Shown piece after piece: positions 46,504 to 53,943 of a DNA stretch of 53,943 nucleotides. Position numbers and translations under genes: made by a program. Within the stretch, counting starts at the first letter, position 1. Every line of letters begins with the position of its first letter. The DNA lies in assembly GCA_018398765.1 (NCBI GenBank), contig JAHBMJ010000210.1:1-53943 (forward strand). The letters are read 5' to 3'. This stretch comes from Chromera velia. Taxonomy: Eukaryota. The notes beneath the pieces are model-generated. The model searched no databases. It was not told the origin of the DNA and saw nothing but the letters and a program-made list of their open reading frames with translations.

Positions 46504-49500
46504 GCAGACGGATCGACACACGAGCTAACAGGCAGACGCACAGATCGACTGATCTATGTTGACAGACGACTCATGCAGGAAGCAGAACGTGTCTCGATCG
46601 GGGTCTGTCGGCCACAAATCGATTTTGATCTGAGGCTTTTCTTCGATCGCATCTCTGCGTTCCGAATTGGCGAGCTAGGCCAATTCAGTTCTCCCAGTGT
46701 CCGAAGTCTTTTTACAAGATCTTGGAGTTTGGACCCAGGCATCCTGGATAGACACACTAATTGGTACCCACACAGAAAGAATCGATCAGAAGGACAACGT
46801 GTCGAAATAAATATTGACGCAAATGAGTCACGGGACTGATCTCTACGGAATTCGGCTTGTGTCCTAAAGTTGTCAAAAGAGCAGCGGGGCGATTTCAGTC
46901 CCCTGCCTCTCTCACCGAAGCTAGTAAATGTATGACTTGATCATGCAACATGCGGTCGATTCCTTTGCCTCCTCTATTTCTGATGATTGATTCATCCATG
47001 TGTGTTCGATTCCTTTTCCCATGCATTGCCTCCTTGTCCCTTCCCTCTTTCTGCATGTCTGTCTGCAGCTACGTGAAGGACGTTGCAGGACATGCGGTGG
47101 AACAATTCGGCCTCGCGATGGAGAGTCTGATGATCGCTCTGCAGGTCCGCCAGCGGTATGCATGCATGCACGGATGATCATGTGTTCTCAGTGCGATTCG
47201 GAACGATAGATATCCCTTGTTGCACCCTGTGTTGTTGGAACGGTGGCTATCCCTTATTGCACCCTTTGTGTGTCGCAATGCTCGGGTTGATGCATATACA
47301 TGTGCAAGGCGCGCGAGCTTGCGGTCGCTTTTGGTGTTGCTGCATGCGTCCATGTTGGGGAGGAGGAGTGAGTACTTTTGTGCGTGCGTCAACGTGATTT
47401 TTTCAGGTTGCCCCAAGTCCCACCAGCTTTCCTCAGGACTGCCATTCACACCTCCTCGGATAAATAATGCCTTTGTCGGAAATCTATCATGCCCACTGAA
47501 TTTGCATGTCTTGCTGCCTGCAGCCAATCATCGTTGACACACTTCTGATCACCCTGGAGCTCATATTCGACATCGTCTCTGGGTGGGGGTGGATTCTGAC
47601 GGCGTTGCGGCTCTCTTGGAAGTTCTGGAAATGGGCACGCTCGTACACACCTGATCCCTCAAAGGTCCGCTTGCCTTCCGGCCTGCCTGCCTGCGTTCCA
47701 ACCTGCCAAGGAGCTCGGTGGCATGCGTGTCCTCTTGTCTTTCCGTCCTTCGATTTTTAGCTGCCATCGCGTATTTTTCAGTGTGAATGGTCTGTTTCTG
47801 GGGTGTCCCTTTATGTGTATAGTTCCATCTATCTGCATGTGCACGTGCAGCTGTGCAAGGAGTCGCACAAGATGGAGTGCTGCATGAACGAGGTCATGGC
47901 GTGGAATGAACTAGCAACGAGCAAGAAGGTCAGTTTGGAGGCTAGTACCTGCCTGATATTTTAGCTGCTCAGTATGAGGAGAATCGCTTTCGAAGGGCCT
48001 TTCTCAGATCCGGCGAAGCGCAAAGTGGCATGGAAACGATAATTGATTTCATTGAGTTACTAGCAACGCATAACAAACATTCATGCAAGCTCAGAAAAGA
48101 ATAATCCATCCCCCTGTGTGGTAGTGTGACTATGCAAGCGAAGTTTTGACGTGACATATGCAAATGTCAGTGGTAAAAGTTCCTGTGAGTAGGTCTCAAA
48201 TCTATCTCATGAGTATGCTTCTTGATGCTTCATCCGTATTTTCGTACGCACAATGGAAGTATCTCAAGGCCATCGCTTTTGTTCCTTCCTTCCTTCTTTC
48301 TTTCTTTCTTTCCTTCCTTCCTTCCTTCCTTCCTTCTGTCTGTCTGTCTGTCTGTCTGTCTGCTTGTCTGCATGAAAAGAAGCAGGTCCCCGACCTGGAC
48401 ACGTTCATGAAGGCGACGGACCAACGACTGGAGAAGAGCTCCGACGAGACTTGGAGGGACTGGCTGGCTTCCTCCAAGCTCACCAAGTGGATGTCCACAG
48501 AGAGCCAGTGCATCGCGTTAGTCAGTAGAGAGAGTGTAAATCTGATTGGAAGACTGCATGGAGAGTGGGGATGAAGGGCATTTTTTTAATCCGGCCGTTC
48601 TGCGTAGAGTCATGCAGAAGATCGAATTGAAACTCGTCAGTGATCGCTTTCGCTTTTGTCTTCTGCTATACTTCGAAGTATTTGAACAAAGACGAAAGCA
48701 CCCCCCTTCATGATGTGTGTCACGCGACTGACCGTTCTGGAAGGAAACACATGGACTTGTCCTTTTTTCCCAAAAGCTACCGCATGGTTTGAACAGAAAG
48801 AAAATGCGCGCTTCTTTCTGCATGTTCTTTTCTCTTTCTGCTTGCACGACTGCAGATGGACCGCCTCCATGTATTTTGACGTTCCTTCCTCCTCAAAGGG
48901 CCTGACAGCAGAGGGGGATTTAATGGGATCCCGCACAGAAGAAGCATTGGCACAGCAGGACAAAGCGATCTACAAGCAGTTGACGAGCATCGGGGAGGAC
49001 GTGAAGGATGCTGAGAAGAAGAAAAAGGACAAAGAAGAAATTGACTGGATTGACAGAGTGGATGAGGGCCCGCAGGACTGGATTCCGAACAATCCGAAGG
49101 GTCTCTGGTTGAAATATGAAGATTCGACGAAGGAGACAACTTTTTTCACCTTAGAAAGAGAAGGGACCCTGGGGTTTACGGTCAGTGTAGTCATTTTAGT
49201 GCATAGATGAGATTGTATGTACACATAGTAAGTGTATTAGTGTGCAGGCAGTGGAACGCCATGTGATTAAACATACATGGTCTTTTTGGTGGCCTTTTCT
49301 GGTCTTGGCTCTGCTCAGCCACGCATTGTCTTCAGTTATGTCTCCCTTAATTGCATTGCACTCTTCCTTCCTTCCTTCCTTCCTTCCTTCCTTTCTGTCT
49401 TCCTCCGTGAATCCCTTCAGACGCATCACCGGTTTCTTTCTGCCAGCAACGACCACAAAAAGATGCGGTGCTTTGCGTTCCAGAAGAAGTCGTACGACCC

Positions 49501-49644
49501 GAAAACTCGAGAGGGGATGCGGAAGAACTTCGACGTCATTCAGGTCGGTCATTTAGCTAATCTTTATATATATATATATATAAATAAATAATATACACAC
49601 ATATGTACGTGCACTGGCATGCAGGCAGGGACTTGAAGGACGGC

Positions 49645-49678
<34 letters not shown>

Positions 49679-49756
49679 AGAGAGAGAAGGAGAGAGAGAG
49701 AGAGAGAGAGAGAGAAGGAGAGAGAGAAGGAGAGAGAGACAGAGAGACAGAGAGAC

Positions 49757-49832
<76 letters not shown>

Positions 49833-49851
49833 AGAGAGAGAGAAAGAGAGA

Positions 49852-49889
<38 letters not shown>

Positions 49890-52800
49890 AGAAAGAAGGA
49901 GCGAGGATGGATGGATGCAAGTGCTGAGATCCCATCAGACGCAAAGGAAACTGTTTACTGGGACAATCATACCGAATGCATGTATTCAAACAGACATAGA
50001 GGTAGAGAAAGTGACTCTGTAAGCTGAGGCCTTCAGTGACTCGGCGGACAATATCATCAGGAAGTATGCTCTTGGAGTCTATCGAAGTGTTTTTGCATCT
50101 TCGAATGTGCGTGAATCGAGTGTGCCGCGCAAGGGAGGCTGAATTTTCGAATCTAGACATCCTTGCCTTTTTCCTTTGCGTTTTTTTTTTTCTCTTTTTT
50201 TGAATTCTTTTTGGCTAATTGCATCTGCTTGCTTGCAGACTCTGGTCAAGACGCTAAAGGGCGACGGTCCCAGACAATACGAAGTGCAGCTGAAGGTAGG
50301 TGTGTTGCAGGAGCGGTGGGTCATGCAGGGGAAAGTTATGAAAATGTGATGGTGCGATTGATTGTCATGCTTGGAGTGTTTGGGTGGAGGGGTGGGGTGT
50401 ATAAACAGAAGAGGGATGTGTGCAAGTATGAATCTTGCAAGGCTGGTTTTCCACCCCCCCCCCTCATCTTGTGTGTTGCAGATTCCCACTCAAGACATCA
50501 ATTACGAAAAAGGGTACATTTTCAAGAAGTACACTCTTTCGAAGAACGCTTCGTACATGAAGCTCAAACTCGTGGACAGATCCGAACTTTCAGGCCTCGA
50601 CTGTGGAGACGGCGTCACTCTGAACCCCAACGATGAGAAGACAAAAGCATGCCTGCCATTCGATCAGGGCAGACTCAATCCAAATGACCCGAAATTCCCA
50701 ATTGATGACGTGCGCATTTGCGTTGTCGCCAACCTTCTCTGTCGATCGGCTTGCGGACTCTTCCCGAACGAAAAGGCGAAGTGCGATCAGCTGTACGACC
50801 CCAAGAAGCCATTCAATGTCATGGTCAGTCGGTCGGTCAGCTAATTGATTGATCGGTTTGCCTTGCCTTGTCTTGCCCCGATGGGTGGGTGTGCATGGAG
50901 TCATTGAGAAGGTTCTCTCTATCCCATGTAATGCAGATGTCAGAGTCGGGTAACGTAAACATTTTAAACCAAAAAAAGACCATAGTCGTGATGCTTTTGC
51001 TTCTCTCTTTGGTGTTGTCGCTGCCCCATCCTTTGTCATACTGTTCTTCTGCTGTGTTAAATAGTTCTTCCTTCTTTTCTCAGAAAATGGCAGCGAGACA
51101 CAATTTTCATTTTTTGTTGCAGGAGGTGGTCGAGAGAAAGGGACGCTCCCTGAAAAAGAATTATGAATGAACAGAATATGTGAATGAAAGCGAGTGCATC
51201 CACCGTTGCAGGAGGTGGTCGAGAGAAAGGGACGCTCCCTGAAAAAGAATTATGAATGAACAGAATAGTGTATGAAAGCGAGTGCATCCACCGTTGCAGG
51301 AGGTGGTCGAGAGAAAGGGACGCAGCGGAATGGCGGAGAAGGGGAAGAAATTTGAAATCTTCCTCGAGCAGTACTGCGCCGCCTCCTCTTCCGACCTCTA
51401 CCAAGAAAGCAGATGGAACAAAATCAGAGATCGGAACGGAGTCGGCAAGGGAGGAAGCAGAAGCAAAAGTCCTCCTGGAGAGGTCAGAGTTCGAAAGGGA
51501 TTCCTCCAATTGACAGAGAGTGCGAAGGGAAACCACAAAGTTCGTGTGCCTCTCAAGCCGGCTCCAAAGAAAAGAACACCAGGAAGTCCATCTTCCCCTG
51601 CTCCCTTTTCATCTCCCACAAAGCTTTCGGATGCACCCAAGTTTGAGCCAAAGAAAGACCGACCCCCTCCACCGAAAACACGCCCTCGGCCATCCTCCAG
51701 CAGAGGCTCTTCGGGACAACCCCGCACAGGCAGAGCCCCCGCCCCTGTTCCTAAGAAGAAAGACAGAGCAGAGCCCGAGGCCGAAGATGCGCTCTTGGAA
51801 GAGCAGTCGCTTGTGTCTTCATCTCCCCGAAGGGCATGGTCAGTGCATGCATGGTTGTGTGGAAGGGAAAGATTTTGGCAGTGACGGTTTTGGAGCCTCT
51901 TTTTTCAGCCCGATGGCACACGGCTTACATGCATACAGACAGACAAATAAACAGCCAGAGTGTCGTGAAACTTTGATTACCTCTGTTGGCATGAGTGCGG
52001 ATTTTCAGTCTGTCAACTGGCCTAGTCCGAGCTTGCTGACTTTTCTGTTATCCTTTCTCCTTTCCTCCCTGCTTCTCAGGTTCTCTTTTCATCTTTTCGG
52101 CTCTTTCCCTCTCTGTGGCTCTATCTCCTCTGGGTCTACATAGAGAGGCTTTTTTTTCTTTCTTTTCTTTTCTTTGGCTGCCCTCAGGTACTTTGCCCTG
52201 ACAAAGAAACTGCCCTCCGAGGTCCTCCAGCCTCTGGCCCATCGTTTCTGTGCCACTCAGATGATCCCCAGATGGAGGTGTGGGCCTGAGGAGTGCGCCA
52301 TTTGTGGACAGGTGGGGAGAGAGGGAGGGGCTCTTTTGTGTTCATCTGTTTTGTTTGTGAAGAGCTGATAAGGACAGTGATCTGCAAAGAAGTGAAGCCT
52401 GCATGTCGGACGCTTGGGTCGCTCTCATGCAGCTTTTACACCCACCCTGCGTCTGGCTGATGCATTCTGGCTGTATCTCCATTTTCTGTGTCGACATGAA
52501 TGTATGCATGTGTGTGCGTGTATGAAGGGTGCATCTTCCCTGCGTCTGGCTGATGCATTCTGGAAGTCGACAGGTAGCTTTGGTATCCTTGATTTTTTTC
52601 TGTGTCACCATTTTTTATGTCGACATGAGAATTTCATCACCCACATCCACTTTTTGTACTTCCTCACAGGTTGCGTCGTTCAGAGCTGGTTTCTGTATGT
52701 TTGTGCACGTATGTATGTATGTGTGTGGGTGTATGAATGTATGAGGGGATGAATGGGCGCATTTTCTCCCTCCCTCTTTCCCAGGTCGCGTCCTTTATGG

Positions 52801-53498
52801 CAGGAGCGGACTCGGATGGAGCCTGGAACATGTGCAAAGCCTACCGGACAATGGCAGTCACCGAGGGGGGAAAGGAGGGGGAGACGGACGACGCAGCGAA
52901 CCCAACGATGCTGACCAATGCGGAGAAAACACGAAACTTTTCAAGAGCCGCAAAGTGCAAAGCGATCCACACCCACATGACCTCCAGAAATGCAGACACA
53001 AGGGTGCGTGCATGCCGTCTTTCTTGCTCTTCTCTTCACGAGCTGCCCAACATGAATTTAGAAGGAATCTTCACTTCCTTTCTTCTGTATCCTTCTGCCT
53101 TCTTGGAGGTGGAAATGATGTGTTGGCGTTTGTCAAAGTAGACGTTCCGAGTCGCGAAAGGGAGAAATCCAATCTTTAAAAACAGTCACTCACATGTTTT
53201 CGTCCTCTGAAGTCCACCATGTCATCATTCTCAATTGTGCCTGCCTGCCTTCCTGCCTGAGTTTGCAGTTGGAAAAGCGCAAGATGATGCCTCGGGAGAT
53301 CTGCGAGGACAATCATTTCTGTGCGTTGACAAGCTACTGGCACACCCCGGAGATGGATTTGAATGGAGTCATCAGGCCCTTCGACAAGTTGAGGGAGGTC
53401 AAGGAAAAGACAGCCGAGGCGAAGAAAAACGCAGTGGGCGCAGAAAAAGACACAGAGGAACGAGAGGTCAATTATCTGGATCGACTTAGATTGAAGAT

Positions 53499-53531
<33 letters not shown>

Positions 53532-53943
53532 CTCTCTCTCTTTCTTTCTCTCTCTCGATGTCGGTTTGTTTCTTTCGTCGGCCTACATTTTGACTCACTT
53601 TGCCCACCACTCATTGCTGCAGTCACATGGAGGCCACATCTTTCCCCTTCTCTTCTTTTTCTGTTCTCAGGTTCGTGAGACCCCCAAGCAGCAAGCCGAG
53701 AGGGAGGCGAAGACCATGTGCAGATTCTGCATCGAATATTCATTCAGGGCTTTCGGGAAGCCTCTGGGGTCGGGGAGAATCCCCAAGACAGAATCGAAGG
53801 TCCAATCGGCAAAGCTGTCGGTGATGTACTCGATGTGCGGGAACGTCCCGAAGTTCTATGTCGTGCAGAAACTTAGGTGGGTCGGTGGGGGGGGCGGTAG
53901 GTGGGTGGGTGGCTGAGTGCGTGGGTGGGTGAGTGGCTGGGTG
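39698..53943 (+). CDS. Very large multi-exon secreted protein with coiled-coil regions, PDTG repeats and C-terminal saposin-like Cys modules; 3'-partial
   Basis: ATG 39698 with signal-like leader. Many cag|exon|gt blocks (e.g. 39698-40224, 40584-~40733, ~45483-45938, ~48856-49180, ~50482-50823, 51300-~51840, 52785-53003, 53671-~53876) separated by microsatellite introns. Full model not assembled; could be more than one gene. Confidence 0.7.
45708..45788 (+). repeat. Coding minisatellite (PDTGA)x3 + PDTG + (IDTG)x2
   Basis: 15-bp then 12-bp units with synonymous variation inside an exon. Confidence 0.85.
49647..49884. repeat. Long (GA)n / (GAGACA)n intronic microsatellite
   Basis: Directly visible. 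Confidence 0.95.
51116..51323 (+). repeat. Triplicated splice acceptor + exon start (88-89-bp period)
   Basis: gttgcag|gaggtggtcgagagaaagggacgc at 51116, 51205 and 51293 with near-identical ~58-bp spacers. Confidence 0.93.

Overview
Eukaryotic nuclear DNA with GT-AG introns full of microsatellites. A bipartite signal+Phe plastid leader on one gene suggests an alga with a complex plastid, possibly a chromerid alveolate such as Chromera (inference). The centre (9156-30542) is a complete but dead minus-strand Ty3/gypsy chromovirus: two 463-bp LTRs, ATAT target-site duplication, PBS, PPT and gag-PR-RT-RH-IN-chromodomain. An ~8.4-kb APE+RT LINE (12837-21218) is nested inside it. Highlights read directly from the sequence: (1) both elements were inactivated mostly by C>T/G>A transitions at CpA and CpG; all 14 LTR-LTR differences I counted are transitions, a RIP-like repeat-restricted signature. 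(2) Each LTR carries a decayed tRNA-Val(AAC)-derived Pol III cassette with canonical A-box/B-box spacing and a T5 terminator. (3) The 3' internal region holds an extra 181-aa sense ORF and an antisense, intron-flanked 102-nt exon that the LINE split in two. (4) LINE ORF2 has a CXC-like Cys cluster and a chromo-like segment upstream of the endonuclease. Flanking host genes: a low-complexity membrane protein, an 8-exon plastid-targeted SET/Rubisco-LSMT-type methyltransferase, a secreted COG4337 iota-type carbonic anhydrase head-to-head with it, and a very large multi-exon secreted protein with saposin-like Cys modules that runs off the window end. All domain calls are by eye from motifs; no searches were run.
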